DNA from: an uncultured Actinomycetota bacterium
GTDB lineage: Bacteria > Actinomycetota > Actinomycetes > Propionibacteriales > Nocardioidaceae
Direction: 5' to 3'
DNA: 64,000 nt
NCBI GenBank assembly: GCA_963716655.1
Contig: CAVQTV010000003.1
Span: forward strand, 55,820 to 119,819
Positions within the stretch are counted from its first letter, which is position 1, and each line of letters opens with the position of its first letter. A model generated the notes under the pieces. That model was given only the letters and a program-made list of their open reading frames with translations, was not told where the DNA came from and searched no databases. This document shows positions 47,185 through 59,938 of the stretch, piece after piece. The position numbers and the translations under genes are program-made.

Positions 47185-49317
47185 GTCAGCGCTCCTTCCG
47201 TGCCGGCGGCAGGATGGTGCCGTCCTTCATGAACGTGGGCAGCCGCTTCGGCGGGGTGACGCCGGGGATCGCGGCCTGGTCGGGGTTCACGTCCATCCCG
47301 TCGATGCCGTAGAGCGTCTCCCAGATCGCGCGGACCGCCGGGCCGGAGGTGCCCGGAGCCGGTGCCGCCCTGGCTGACCATCATCACGACGACGTAGTCG
47401 TCGGAGTACGACGCGACCCACGACGTCGACTGCTTGCCGTGGACCTCGGCGGAGCCGGTCTTGCGAGCGGATCTGCACCTCGTCGAGCGGGAAGCTCGCC
47501 CATCCGCCAGGCCATCGTGCCCTGCCGGGTGACGCCCTTGAGGGCGGTGTCGATGTAGGCGAGCGTCGACCTCGGCACGTCGACCGTGCCCGCCTTCTTG
47601 GGCTGGATCTCGCGGATCACGGTGCCGTCGGGGCCGACGATCGCCCGGCCGATCCGCGGCGCGTAGAGCGTGCCGCCGTTGGCGAGCGCGGCGTACGCCC
47701 GGGCCAGCTGGAGCGGGGTGACGATGGTGTCGCCCTGGCCGATCGCGAAGTTCACGGCGTCGCCGGCCCGGTAGGCGTAGCCCTCGACGCAGAACTCGCG
47801 GGCGAAGAGGTAGACGAAGTCGCTGATCCCCTCGTTGGCGGCGGAGTCCTGCGGCTTGTCGGCGATGCCGCAGTAGTAGTCCTTCATCGCCTCGTAGTAC
47901 TCGCGCTTCCACTCCCGGTCGGCGATCCGGCCGGACGCCTCGCCCGGGCAGGTCGATGCCGGTCTCGGAGCCGAAGCCGAACTTCTTGGCCTCGGCGACC
48001 AGCGGGTCCTTGGCGTCCACGTCGGCGACGTCGGAGCCGTAGCGCTGCCAGAAGTCGAGGCCGACCCGGTAGAAGAAGGTGTTGCAGGAGACCTCGAGCG
48101 CCTTGTCGAAGCCGATGTAGCCGTAGGCGCCGGACTCGTAGTTCTTGAACACCCGGTTGCCGACCTGGAGGCCCGAGGAGCAGTTGAGCCGGGTCGTCGG
48201 GCGTGTACCCGTGGGTGAGCGCGCCGGCGGTCATGAACGGCTTCCACGTCGAGCCCGGGCGCGAACTGGCCCTGGGTGGCCCGGCCGAGCAGCGGGGTGC
48301 CGGCCGCCTCGGAGTAGAGCCGGGCGAGCTGCTTCTTGGTGATGCCGCCGACCCAGACCTCCGGGTCGTACGTCGGCTGGCTGGCCATCGCGACGATCCG
48401 GCCGGTGTCGGCCTCCATCACGATCGCGGCGCCGGAGTCGGCGTCGTAGTTGCGGCCGGTGACCGTGTCGAGGGTCCCCCGCGCGGTCTGGATGGTCTGC
48501 GCGAGCTGCCGCTCGACCACGCGCCTGCACGCGGGCGTCGATCGAGGTGACCAGGGTGTCGCCCGGCTCGCCGGCGACCTCGCCGTCGTCGCCGAGCACC
48601 CGGCCCATCGAGTCGACCGCGACGCTCTGGTAGCCGGGCATCCCGCGCAGCCAGCGGTCGTACTCCTTCTCGACGCCGGCGCGGCCGACCGACGACGCGC
48701 CGTTGACGCGACGCGTCGTCGTTCTCCTGCGCCCGGTCGTACTCCCCCTCGGTGATCGGGCTGAGGTAGCCGAGCACGTGCGCGAGGTTGACGCCGTACG
48801 GCTTCGGGTAGGCGCGCACGCTCTGCTGCTCGGCGACCACCGCCGGGTAGTCCTCGGGCTGCTCGAGGATCCGCAGCGCGACCCGCTGCGCGACGTCGGC
48901 GGCGATCGGGACCGGCTGGTACGGCGAGCCGTTCCAGCAGTTCCGCCACGCTGCCGTCTCGCCGCAGGTGACAGCTCGCGGATCCGGCACGGACGTCGAC
49001 GACGCCGGCGACCCGGTCGAGCAGCAGGCCCTGCTGGCGCTCGGTCATCTTGTCGAGCACGTTGCGGTCGACCGAGACGACCCACGACATCCGGTTGGCG
49101 ACCAGCGGCCGGCCCTTGTCGTCGACGATCAGGCCGCGCTGCGGCTGGACGACGATCTCGCGGACCGACTGCGACGCCGCCTGCGCGTGGTACTCCTCGC
49201 CGTCGACGACCTGGAGGTAGTAGAGCCGCACGAAGCAGGGTCGCGAACAGCGAGAACACCAGCGCCTGGATGACGACCAGGCGAAGCCGTCCGGAGCGCG
49301 GAGCCAGAAGGATTCAT
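47181..49317 (-). CDS. mrdA: Penicillin-binding protein 2 (frameshifted)
   Basis: PQRGLIVD dimerisation domain, G+GVEKEYD, SxxK region (PGSTWK), SCN and KTG motifs; inside the mre operon. Confidence 0.9.
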
Positions 49318-49320
49318 CGG

Positions 49321-49835
49321 CTACGCCAGCGCGCGGTCGGGTTCGAGCCGGCGGAACATCGCCATCACCGGCGGCAGCACGAACGGCGTGAGCAGCAGGT
49401 CGAAGAGCACCGAGACACCGATCACCTGGAGCAGCTCGGGGATGCCGACGGCGGGGTCGTCGAGCAGCATCCCGCTGAGCGCGAAGATCGAGGTGCCGAC
49501 GAACGACGACGCGGCGACGGTGACGACGACGGTGGCCGCCGTCGGCCGCTCGTCCTGGCGGACCCGGCCGGCGACGTACCCGACCACGACCAGGGCGAGC
49601 GCCCAGCGACCGGCGATGTGGTCGGCGGGCGGGGCCAGGTCGAGCGCGACGCCGGCGGCGAAGCCGAGCACCGCGGCGAACTGCGGGCCGCGGGTCAGCG
49701 CGGCGCCGACGACGACGAGCAGGCAGAGGTTGGGCACGATCCCGTCCCAGGACAGGTGCGAGAACACCGAGACCTGGAGGACCAGCGCGACCGAGACCGC
49801 GACGACGGCAACGAGCGTGCGGAGCGAGCGTTCAT
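49321..49835 (-). CDS. mreD: Rod shape-determining protein MreD (frameshifted)
   Basis: Hydrophobic protein with PNLCLLVVV and GFAAGVALDLAP; lies between mreC and mrdA. Confidence 0.88.
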
Positions 49836-50739
49836 CGCAGCGTCCCGTCGGCCTCGATGATCGACCGGTCGCTGGCCGTGCCGGCGGGCACGACGACGCC
49901 GACCAGGTCGAGGGCGCCGAAGTCGACGAACGGCTCGATCACCGCACGCTGCGAGGTCTCGCGCAGGCTGCTGTAGACGCTGGTGACCCGGCCGACCGGC
50001 ACGCCGGAGACGTACGGCCCGGCCGCCTCGCTCCCCCACGTGACGACGGTGTCGTGCTTGGCGGGGACGGCGGTGTCGTCGACGAGCTCGAGGTCGAGGC
50101 GGCCGTCGCTGCCGAGGTCGCCGCGGCCGTGCAGCAGGCCGACCTCCATGCTCTGGCCGACCCGGCCGCCGACGACCGAGTCGGTGTCGATGATGAGCAG
50201 CACGGTGGCGGTGCTGCGGGTGACCCGCAGGACCCGGCCGACCAGCCCGTCGTTGTTGAGGACGGTGAGGTCGGGGCGCAGCCCGGCGTCGGAGCCGGCG
50301 TCGATGGTGACCGTGTGGGAGAACGACTGCGACGGGCCGAGCCCGACCACCCGCGCCGGGACGAGGGAGTAGCCGAGGCTCGGCCGCGGCGGCGGTCAGG
50401 CCGTCGTACTCCTCGAGCCGGTTGCGGTCGTAGTCCTGGGTGGCGACCTCCGAGCGCAGCTGGGAGTTCTCGGCCTGGAGCTCGATCAGGTCCTCGCGCA
50501 TCGAGTCGTGGGTCTGGAACCAGTCGGGCACGGCCGTGAACGGGCGGACAGCGCGGTCGCGGTCGTCACCTCGACCGGGCCGAACACCTCACCGACGGCG
50601 CGGCGGGCGGAGTCGACCGGCCCGTCGGCCTGCGGCAGTCGAGCGTCATCAGGCTCAGGCAGGCGAGCACCAGGGCGACCAGCGAGTGCCGGGCGACGGC
50701 TTCTGCCGGCCCGGCGCCGCGCCAGCGCTTCTCCTTCAT
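49832..50739 (-). CDS. mreC: Rod shape-determining protein MreC (frameshifted)
   Basis: Coiled coil LQAENSQLR, then TIDAGSDAG, GLVGRV, DTVVTWG and GVPVGRV. Confidence 0.9.
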
Positions 50740-51766
50740 CGCCGCGCCTCTGGTCGCTGACCAGCACCTGCTGGAGGGCCTCGAACTCCTCGACGCACTT
50801 GCCGGCGCCGAGGACGACCGAGGTGAGCGGGTCGTCGGCGACGTGCACGGGCATGCCGGTCTCGTGCCGGATCCGCTCGTCGAGGCCGCGCAGCAGCGCG
50901 CCGCCGCCGGTGAGCACGATGCCGCGGTCCATGATGTCGCCGGCCAGCTCGGGCGGGGTCTGGTCGAGGGTGGCGCGGACGGCGTCGACGATCGTGTGCA
51001 GCGGCTCCTCGATCGCCTGGCGCACCGCGGCGCTGGAGACGACGACGGTGCGCGGCAGCCCGGACACCATGTCGCGGCCGCGGATCTCGGCCTCGGGCTC
51101 GTCGGTCATCGGGAACGCCGAGCCGAGGGTCATCTTGACCTCCTCGGCGGTGCGCTCGCCGAGCATCAGGGAGTGCTCCTTCTTCATCCACGCGACGATC
51201 GCCTGGTCCAGGTCGTCGCCGGCGGTGCGCACGGACAGGCTGGTGACGATGCCGCCCAGCGAGATGACGGCGACCTCCGTCGTACCGCCGCCGACGTCGA
51301 CGACCATGTTGCCGGTCGGCTGGTGCACGGGCAGCCCGGCGCCGATCGCCGCGGCCATCGGCTCCTCGACGATGTAGACCCGGCGGGCGCCGGCCTGGTA
51401 GCCGGCCTCCTTGACCGCGCGCTGCTCGACGGCGGTGATCCCGCTCGGCACGCAGATCACCATCCGCGGCTTGGCGAAGTAGCGCCGGCGGTGCACCTGC
51501 TGGATGAAGTACCGCAGCATCTGCTCGGTGGCCTCGAAGTCGGCGATCACGCCGTCCTCGAGCGGGCGGATCGCGGTGATGTGGTCGGGCGTGCGCCCGA
51601 TCATCCGCTTCGCCTCGTGGCCGACCGCGAGGATCTCGCCGGTGGTGTCGTTGAGCGCGACCACGCTGGGCTCGTCGAGCAGCACGCCCTTGCCGCGGAC
51701 GTAGACCAGCGTGTTGGCGGTGCCGAGGTCGACGGCCATGTCGCGGCCGATGAAGCTGTTCGCCAT
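50736..51766 (-). CDS. mreB: Rod shape-determining protein MreB
   Basis: DLGTANTLVY, GVIADF, EEPMAAAIGAG, DVGGGTTEVA and GIVLTGGGALL. Confidence 0.97.
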
Positions 51767-51916
51767 GGGTCGCCCTTGTCGCTGTTGCGCACGGTGGTGC
51801 TGGTGGGGAAGAAGTGACAACAGGCTACGAAGGCGCGACGCAGCCCCCGGGGAGGACACGCGGCCTCACCCGTGCGGAATTCGCGCACGCGGCGGAACGC
51901 CGACTCGCGGATCGAC

Positions 51917-52337
51917 TCAGAGGGTGGGGAACCAGATCCCGATCTCGCGCGCGGCCGACTCCTCGGAGTCCGAGCCGTGCACGAGGTTCTGCTGGACCTT
52001 CAGGCCCCAGTCGCGGCCGAGGTCGCCGCGGATCGTGCCCGGGGCGGCCACCGTCGGGTCGGTCGCGCCGGCCAGCGAGCGGAAGCCCTCGATGCACCGC
52101 TCGCCCTCGAGCACCATCGCCGACCACCGGGCCGGAGAGCATGAACTCGACCAGCGGCTGGTAGAACGGCTTGCCCTCGTGCTCGGCGTAGTGCTCGGCG
52201 AGCAGCTCGGGCGTCGCCGAACGCAGGTCGAGCGCCACGAGGGCGTAGCCCTTGGCCTCGATGCGGCGGATGATCTCGCCGACCAGGCCGCGGCGGACGG
52301 CGTCGGGCTTGAGCAGGACGAGCGTGCGCTGGGTCAT
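51917..52337 (-). CDS. ndk: Nucleoside-diphosphate kinase (frameshifted)
   Basis: [29 protein letters not shown] and NLVHGSDS. Confidence 0.95.
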
Positions 52338-52346
52338 GGCCAGACC

Positions 52347-53032
52347 CTACAAAGCCTCCGCCCGGCGTACGACGTCGGCCGGGACCGGACCGGACGAGTC
52401 GGCGTCCGGCACCGGCTCCCCCACCACCCGGCGGAGCGGGATGTGCGCCGCCCCAGACCCCGGCCTCGACGTCCTCGGGCTCGTCGACCGGGCCGCCGGC
52501 GCGCGCCTTCATCGACGCCTCGTGGAGCGGGACGGCGAGCACCGCGGTGGCGGCCAGCTCCTTGCGGGTGTGCGCCCGCAGCGTCGCCGAGCGCCCCGGG
52601 ATCATGTGGTCGACGATCAGGTCCAGCGCGTGCGCGCGCTCGGCGTCGTCCTCGACCAGCCGGGCCGCGCCGATCACGACGGCCGAGCGGTAGTTCATCG
52701 AGTGGTGGAACGCCGAGCGCCCGGCGACCAGCCCGTCGAGCTCGGTGACGGTGACGCAGACGGTGGTGTCGGTGGAGGCGCGCAGCCAGCCGGCGGCGAC
52801 CGAGCCGTGCACGTAGAGCGTGCCGTCCTCGTCCGGCCCGTCGAGGTCGACGGCGAACGCGGTCGGCAGCACCAGCGGGTGGCTCTGCCCGTCCTGGCGA
52901 GGTTCACGCCGAGGTGCGCGACCAGGGCGTCGGCGAGCAGCCGGTGCAGCTCGGTGCGGTCCTCGACCATCCGGTTGCGGCCGCGGCCGACCGTCGTGCG
53001 GGGCGTGGGAGAGAGCGAAGTGCAGTGGTCAC
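52347..53032 (-). CDS. Pyridoxamine 5'-phosphate oxidase-like flavin-binding protein (frameshifted)
   Basis: LYVHGS, VCVTVTELDGLV.GRSAFHHSMNYRSAVV and KELAATAVL. Confidence 0.85.
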
Positions 53033-53050
53033 GGGACTAGCCTGACCGAC

Positions 53051-53100
53051 AAGTGGCCTGGACGCACGGGCCAATCCGACGTCAGTTCAACAGGACACTT
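53051..53100. promoter_or_regulatory. Probable MocR-family operator between divergent genes
   Basis: AAGTGGCCTG (53051-53060) and CAGGACACTT (53091-53100) form a 9/10 inverted repeat, with a partial copy GGGCCAAT between them. Confidence 0.55.
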
Positions 53101-53103
53101 CCG

Positions 53104-54437
53104 ATGAGCACCCTCCCCGTCACCCTCGACCGCACCGCCGCCGGCTCGCTCGGCCGCCCAGCTCTCCGGCCGGATCCGCGAGCTGGTCGTCGCCGGCACC
53201 CTGGCCCGCGGCGACCGGCTCCCGAGCAGCCGGGCGCTCGCCGCCGACCTCGGCGTGAGCCGCTCGGTGACCGAGCAGGCCTACGAGCAGCTGCTCGCCG
53301 AGGGCTGGCTGGAGGCCCGGCGCGGCGCCGGGCACGTTCGTCGCCGCCACCGGCGCCGTGCCCGCCGACCGCTCCGCGGCGGCGCAGCGCGCCGGCCGCC
53401 GCCGACCTGGTCCGCCTCGACGCCGGGACGCCGTGGATCGACCCGCGGCACGCGGCCGGCTGGCGCCGGGCCTGGCGGGAGGTGTCGACCGCCCGGCCGC
53501 CGCGGGGGTACGACGACCCGCGCGGCCTGCCCGAGCTGCGCGCCGCGCTCGCCGAGCGGCTGGGCCGCACCCGCGGCCTGGCCGTCGACCCGGACGAGGT
53601 GGTGCTGACCAACGGCACCACCGACGCGCTGCGGCACCTGCTCACCGTGCTGCCGCCCGGACCGGTCGCCCTCGAGGACCCCGGCTACCGGGCCGCCGTC
53701 GAGACGGTCCGCGGCGTGGCCCGCGAGATCCGCGACCTGCCCGCGCTGGCGCCGGTGACCGACCTGACCGGGGTGGCGGCGGCGTACGTGACGCCCGCCC
53801 ACCAGCACCCGCTCGGCCGGGTGATGCCCGGCGCCGGACCGGGTCGCGCTGCTCGACGCCGCCCGGGCGGCCGGCGCGCTCGTGGTCGAGGACGACTACG
53901 ACTCGGAGTTCCGCTACGACGTCGCGCCGGTCCCGGCGCTGGCCAGCCTCGACCGGTCCCGGGTCGCCTACCTCGGCACCGCCGCGAAGTCGGTCGCGCC
54001 CTCGCTGCGGCTGGGCTGGCTGGTCGCGCCGCCGGACGTGCTCGACCTGGTCAACGCCCGCCGCCTGATCACCCACGAGGGCGCGCCCTGGCCGGTGCAG
54101 CGCGCGTTCCTCGCGCTGCTGCGCGACGGGTACGTCGACAAGGTGGTGCGCACCGCGCGCCGGGTGTACGCCGACCGGGCGCCGCGGGTCGCGGCCGCGC
54201 TGTCGCCGTACGCCGAGCTGGCCGGGCCGCTCGCCGGGATGTACTCGACCTGGCTGCTCCCCCAGGCCGACGCGCTGCGCGCCCGGGAGGCCGCGCGGCG
54301 GGCCGGGTTCGAGGTGAACCTGCTGTCCGACTACTGCCGGACGCGCGACGCTGACCGGGCTGGTCGCTCGGCTTCGGCGGGGTCACCGACGACGGAGCTG
54401 GACCGGGCCCTGGCCGCGGTGGTCGTCAGGCCTCTGA
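53104..54437 (+). CDS. MocR/GabR-type GntR regulator with PLP aminotransferase domain (frameshifted; 3' end approximate)
   Basis: RLPSSRALAADLGVSR..V..AYEQLLAEGWL; EDPGY; YVTPAHQHPLG; EDDYDSEFRY; LRLGW. Confidence 0.9.
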
Positions 54438-54810
54438 GTCGGCTGACGTCGTCGAACGCGGCGAACGCCGCGGCGCGCTCGCGCTCGATCTTGCGACCGA
54501 GGAAGTACGCCGAGCCCCAGAGCAGCGCGAAGATGCCGCCGAGCACGAACATCAGCGGGATCACGAAGCCGAGGCCGATCGCGGCGCCCTGGATCACCCA
54601 GCCGAGGCTGTAGGCCCACTCCGCTGCGCAGCATGCCGGCGAGCAGCAGGCAGACGAACGCGAGCCCGAGCCCGATCCACGAGCGCGGTGGCGGTGTCGA
54701 CGTCGGCGACGCTGATCATCACCGGCGTGGTCAGGCCGAGGGTGATCGCCTCGAGGCTGAGCACCGCGGCGCACATGCCGCGGCGCGGCGACCGGGCCGG
54801 TCTCGCTCAT
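54427..54810 (-). CDS. DUF4233 membrane protein (frameshifted; 3' end approximate)
   Basis: MCAAVLSLEAI and GWVIQ...MFVLGGIFALLW; occupies its usual position directly after folC. Confidence 0.75.
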
Positions 54811-56179
54811 CGCTTCGCTCCGGCCGGACCAGCAGCGAGCGGGCCTCGCCGACGGTGACGACCGACCCGGTGACCAGCACGGCGCCGGACCCGAGCGGGT
54901 CGCCGAACGCCTCGCCGGCCTCGGCCAGGGTCGCGGCCGCCTCGATCGCGTCGGCCAGCCGGGGCGTGACCGAGACCCGGTCCTCGCCGAAGATCTCGCG
55001 CGCCGACGGCGGCGAGCTGCTCGGCCGGGCAGCGCGCGGTCGGTGGAGTTCTGGGTGCAGACGACGTGGGCGAGGTGCGGCTCGAGCGCCGCGAGCAGGC
55101 CCTCGTGGTCCTTGTCCGCCATCACGCCGATCACGCCGATCAGCGGGGAGAACGTGAAGGAGTCCTCGAGCGCGGCACCGAGCGCCTCGGCGCCGTGCGG
55201 GTTGTGCGCGGCGTCGAGCACGATCGTCGGGCTGCGCCGGACGATCTCGAGGCGGCCGGGCGAGGTCACCTCGGCGAACGCCGCGCGCACGACGTCCTCG
55301 TCGAGCGGCTGGTCGCCGCCGAACGCCTCGACCGCGGCCAGCGCGACCGCGGCGTTCTGCGCCTGGTGGGCGCCGTAGAGCGGCAGGAACACGTCGTCGT
55401 ACCGCGCCCGCAGGCCCTGCAGCGAGAGCATCTGGCCGCCGACCGCCGGGGTCCGCGCGATCGACGCCGAAGTCGAGGCCCTCGCGGACGACGGTCGCGC
55501 CGACCTCGGCGGCCCGCTCGAGGAGCAGCACGGCGACGTCGGGCTCCTGCTCGGCGAGCACCGCGATCGAGCCGGGCTTGATGATCCCGGCCTTCTCGAG
55601 CGCGATGTCGGCGGCGTTGTCGCCGAGGTACGCCGCGTGGTCGACCGCGATCGGCAGCACGACCGCGACGGCGGCGTCCACGACGTTGGTCGCGTCCCAC
55701 GAGCCGCCCATGCCGACCTCGACGACGGCGACGTCGACCGGGGCGTCGGCGAACGCGGCGTACGCCATCCCGACGACGGTCTCGAAGAACGACAGCGGGT
55801 GGTCCTGGTCGGCGTCGACCAGCTCGGTGTACGGCGCGACGTCGTTGAACGCGCGCACGAAGTCCTCGTCGCTCAGCGGCTCGCCGTCGACGGAGATCCG
55901 CTCGCTCATCCGCTCGACGTGCGGGCTGGTGAACCGGCCGGTGCGCAGGTCGAGCGCGCGCAGCAGGGTGTCGATCATCCGCGACGTCGAGGTCTTGCCG
56001 TTGGTGCCGGTCAGGTGGATGACCGGGTAGCCGCGCTGCGGGTCGCCGAGCACCTCGGTGAACGCCAGGATCCGGTCCAGCGACGGCTCCAGCCTGGTCT
56101 CCGGCCAGCGGGACAGCAGGGCGTCCTCGACCTCGTCGAAGGTCTGGGCCAGTCGGGGCGCTTCGGGGCTGTCACTCAT
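54807..56179 (-). CDS. folC: Folylpolyglutamate/dihydrofolate synthase (frameshifted)
   Basis: HLTGTNGKTS, FTSPH, EVGMGGSWDATN, EKAGIIK, PGRLE, LDAAHNP and VTGS. Confidence 0.95.
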
Positions 56180-56245
56180 CGTGGGTCGAGTCTAGGGATG
56201 GACAAACCGGTGACAGAAAGTGGAACAGGTTCTAGGTTGCTCGGC

Positions 56246-57355
56246 ATGAAGACCACCGTCGCCGTCGTCAACGGGCCTGGCCAGGACTTCCTCTTCGAGG
56301 AGGTCGAGATCGACGGCCCCCGGGCCGACGAGGTGCTGGTGCGGATCGTCGCCACCGGGCTCTGCCACACCGACCTCTCGCTGCGCGACACGCTGCCCGC
56401 CGAGATGTTCCCGCGGGTCTTCGGGCACGAGGGCGCGGGCGTCGTCGAGGAGGTCGGCGCCGACGTCACCGGCATCGAGGTCGGCGACCACGTCGTGCTC
56501 AGCCTGGCGTCCTGCCGCACCTGCGCGAAGTGCACGTCCGGGCAGGCCGGCTACTGCGACCAGACCATGATGCTCAACTACATGGGCTTCCGGATGGACG
56601 GCTCGACGTCGTACACCCGGGCCACCGGGCCGGTCTACGGCCACTTCTTCGGCCAGTCCTCGCTGTCGCCGGCACGCGGTCGTGCCTGGCGAGCAGCGTC
56701 GTCGTCGTCGACAAGGACGCTCGACCTGACCAAGGTCGCGCCGTTCGGCTGCGGCTTCCAGGCCGGCGCCGGCGCGGTCCTCAACGTCGCCCAGCCCGGC
56801 CCCGACGACAGCGTCGTCGTGTACGGCGTCGGCGCGGTCGGCCTCGCGGCGGTCGCCGCTGCGAAGGCCAGCGGCGTCGAGACGATCATCGCGGTCGACC
56901 TGATGGCCAGCCGGCTCGAGGCCGCCGAGAAGCTCGGCGCGATCGGCGTGAACCCGTCCGACGCTCGGCGACGTCTCCGTGGTCGACAGGGTCAAGGAGC
57001 TCACCGGCGGCGGCGCGTCGTACGGCGTCGAGACGACCGCGGTGCCCGCCGTGATCAAGCAGGCCGCCCAGTCGCTGCGGCGTCCAGGGCACGCTGGTCG
57101 TGCTCGGCCTCGACATGAACCAGCCGGAGTTCCCGGTCGACGCGATCGACATCCTCCAGAACGGCAAGATCATCCGCGGCTCGGTCGAGGGCGACTCCGA
57201 CCCGCTGGAGATGGTGCCGCGGATGCTGCGGATGAACGCCGAGGGCACGTTCCCGCGTCGACGAGCTGGTGACGACGTACCCGTTCACCGAGATCAACAC
57301 CGCGATCGCCGACGTGCTCGCGGGCAAGGTGGTCAAGCCGGTCCTCGTCTGGTGA
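56246..57355 (+). CDS. Zn-dependent NAD(P) alcohol dehydrogenase (aryl-alcohol type; frameshifted)
   Basis: GLCHTD, GHEGAG, structural Zn CRTCAKC...C, PFGCG and GVGAVG. Confidence 0.9.
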
Positions 57356-57356
57356 C

Positions 57357-57381
57357 AACTTTCGTGGCGCGCCGCCTCGTC
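57357..57381 (+). promoter_or_regulatory. Putative SigE-type ECF promoter (CAAC...CGTC)
   Basis: AAC at 57357-57359 and TC at 57380-57381. The 20-nt spacer is one longer than expected, possibly an indel error. Confidence 0.4.
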
Positions 57382-57402
57382 TTGCGGACGAAGGGGTGAT
57401 CC

Positions 57403-57934
57403 ATGAACGAGGCTCAGACGGTGACCGAGCACCCGGCGTCCGCGACCGCGGACTTCGAGGCGTTCGTCGCCGCGCGCTCCACGGCGCTGTGGCGCAGCGC
57501 GTACCTGCTCACCGGTGACCCGCACCGGGCCGAGGACCTGCTCCAGACGGCGCTGGTGAAGGCCTGGCGGCGCTGGGACAAGATCACCCGCCGCGAGGCG
57601 GCCGAGGCCTACGTCCGCGCGGCGATCGCGTCGACCTACACCGACTGGTGGCGGCGCCGCTGGAACGGCGAGGTCCCGACCGGCGAGCTCCCCGAGAGCG
57701 CCGCCGCGTCGGAGACGACCCGGGTGGACGTACGCCGCGACGTGCTCGCCGCGCTCGCGCTGCTGCCGCGCGGCCAGCGCGCGGTCGTGGTGCTCCGCTA
57801 CTTCGACGACCTCACCGAGGCGCAGACCGCCGAGGCCCTGGGCGTGAGCGTCGGCACGGTGAAGAGCCAGGCCTCCCGCGCCCTCGCCGCGCTGCGCACC
57901 TCCCCGCTCTTCGCAGACAGGAGACCAGTCATGA
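57403..57934 (+). CDS. ECF RNA polymerase sigma factor, SigE family
   Basis: LWRSAYLLTGDPHRAEDLLQTALVK and [32 protein letters not shown]. Runs into the next gene through a probable indel at the ATGA overlap. Confidence 0.9.
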
Positions 57935-58974
57935 CGCGACACCGACCGGCTGCGCGACCTGCTCGAGCAGGCCGCACCCACCCAGCCCGACCTCGACCCG
58001 ACGCACGCGGGCCGCCGCCGTGGCCCGCCGCGGCCGGGCCGCCCGGATCCGCGACCGGGCGCTGGTCGGCGCGGCCGCCGTCGCGGTGGTGGCCGTCGCC
58101 GTCGCCGTCCCCCTGACCCTGGGCGGCGGCGACGGCCCGGACCAGCGCGACGCCGGCTCCCCGGCCGTCCAGGTCGAGCCGTGCCCGGCCAGCCCCATGG
58201 ACACGCAGCGACCTCGGCCCGGTGCCGGCCCTCGGCGACGTCGCCGCCGTGCGCAGCTGCCCGGTGAACGGACCCGGCCGGCGACCCGCTGCCGCCCGCC
58301 GAGCCGCTCATCGGCGACGACGCCCAGGCGTTCGCCGAGGACGTCGCGGCGCTGCCGGCCTACGAGCTGCCGTCGTTCTGCATGGTCGCCAACGTGATGC
58401 CGCGAGCCCTGGGCGCTCGCAGGTCCAGACCGCCGACGGCGAGCTGCTCACGCTCGGCAGCACCGATGCGGGTCTGCAGCGCGGTCACGATCGGCGGAGT
58501 CGACCGCGGCGTCGACGAGGTGGTCGCGGCGTTCGAGGGCAACCTCCAGCGGCAGGTCACGTTCGAGCCGAGGGACCTGGAGTGTCCGACGGGCGAGCGT
58601 CTTGCCGACGGTGCCGACACCTGGAACGCCTCCTTCGACCCGTCCACGGCGACGGGCGGCGTGCTCTGCTACCGCGGTGATCCGATGGGGGCGACCGAGT
58701 ACGCCGAGACCGACGGACTGCTGGGCGACGAGGGGTTCGCCATCGTCCGCGACGACCTCGTCGCGGGTCTGCGTCCCGCGAGCGACGGTGGCGGGTGCAT
58801 CGACACCGGCCCGCAACGGCTGCTCGTCCTGACCGACGACCAGGGCGACCGGGCGGCCTGGATCGACGACCAGTGCACCGGCGAGTTCGTCAGGGCCGGG
58901 CGGCTACTGGACGCCGAGCCCGGCCGCCGAGGACGCGATCGCCGACGGCACTCGGCGGTCGGGTCAGCCGATGA
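57931..58974 (+). CDS. Putative anti-sigma membrane protein with Cys-rich extracellular region (frameshifted)
   Basis: Coupled to the sigma gene; Arg-rich segment, TM (AAAVAVVAVAVAVP), then two similar Cys-containing blocks. Confidence 0.55.
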
Positions 58975-59860
58975 CCAGGTTCACCATGTCGACGACCGGG
59001 CGGTAGCCGAGCGCCTCGTAGATCTTGTTCGAGGTCGGGTTGGCCTGGTCGGTGAACAGGCAGCAGCGCACGCCCTGGTCGACGTACTGCCGGCGAGACC
59101 TCGGCGACGGCGCGGCTGGCGTAGCCGCGGCCGCGCTGCTCGCGCGGCGTGTAGACCGGGCCGATCCGGGTGACGCCGTTCGCCGGGAGGTTGGCGCCGG
59201 TCAGGTGCACGAGCTCGCCGGCCTCGTCCTCCCACAGCCAGATCACGCCGTCGTCGATCCGCGCGTAGCATGTCCTCCAGCGTGAAGCTCCACCATGCCG
59301 TGCGCGCCCGTCGCGGCCGGCCTGCTCGGCGGCCGCCGACGTCGAAGCCGTGGAACCAGGCCAGGCAGAGCTCGGCGTCGTCGCGCGGTGGCCGCGCGCA
59401 GCCGGCCGGGCGGCGCCGGCGGCACCGACCAGGTCGCCGAGCTCGAAGAGCCGCAGGTGCTCGTGCACGTGCACCGTCGCCCCCGCGAGCCGGGCGGTCT
59501 CGTCGGCGAGCACCCGCGCGGCCGGGCAGCGCGCCGTTGACGCCGCCGACCTCCTCGCCGCGCTCGTGCAGCGCCCGGGCCAGCGCGACCGCGGCGTCGT
59601 CCGGCATCGGCAGCACGTAGAGCGGGTACGGCGCGAACGGCGCGGTCCGCATCGCGACCCCGACGACGCTCCCCGGCGTCGTCGCGGGCGACGACCCACC
59701 AGCGGTACGGCGCGCCGGCGTACGCGCCCGGCCGGCCGCTGCGCCATCCGCTGGGTCACCGTCGCGATCACCGTCGTCGAGCACCGGGTCCGCGGCCAGG
59801 TGCGCCGCGGTCTCGGTCGAGGAAGGCGGCGGGATCGTCGGTGAACTCGAGGCTGGACAT
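58964..59860 (-). CDS. GNAT family N-acetyltransferase (FR47-like C-terminus; frameshifted)
   Basis: RIGPVYTPREQRGRGYAS and LFTDQANPTSNKIYEALGY. Confidence 0.88.
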
Positions 59861-59938
59861 GCGCGAAAGTCAGCCAGCCGGCGGCCGCCGCCACAACCGG
59901 TTTCTCCGGCGAGCGCCGCTCGCCCTAGGATTTCGTCC

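Noticed and set aside
57403..58116. Sigma factor with a fused C-terminal extension
   Set aside because: The extension is low-quality Arg/Pro-rich off-frame sequence. An ATGA junction at 57931 mirrors the first sigma/anti-sigma pair, so an indel is more likely.
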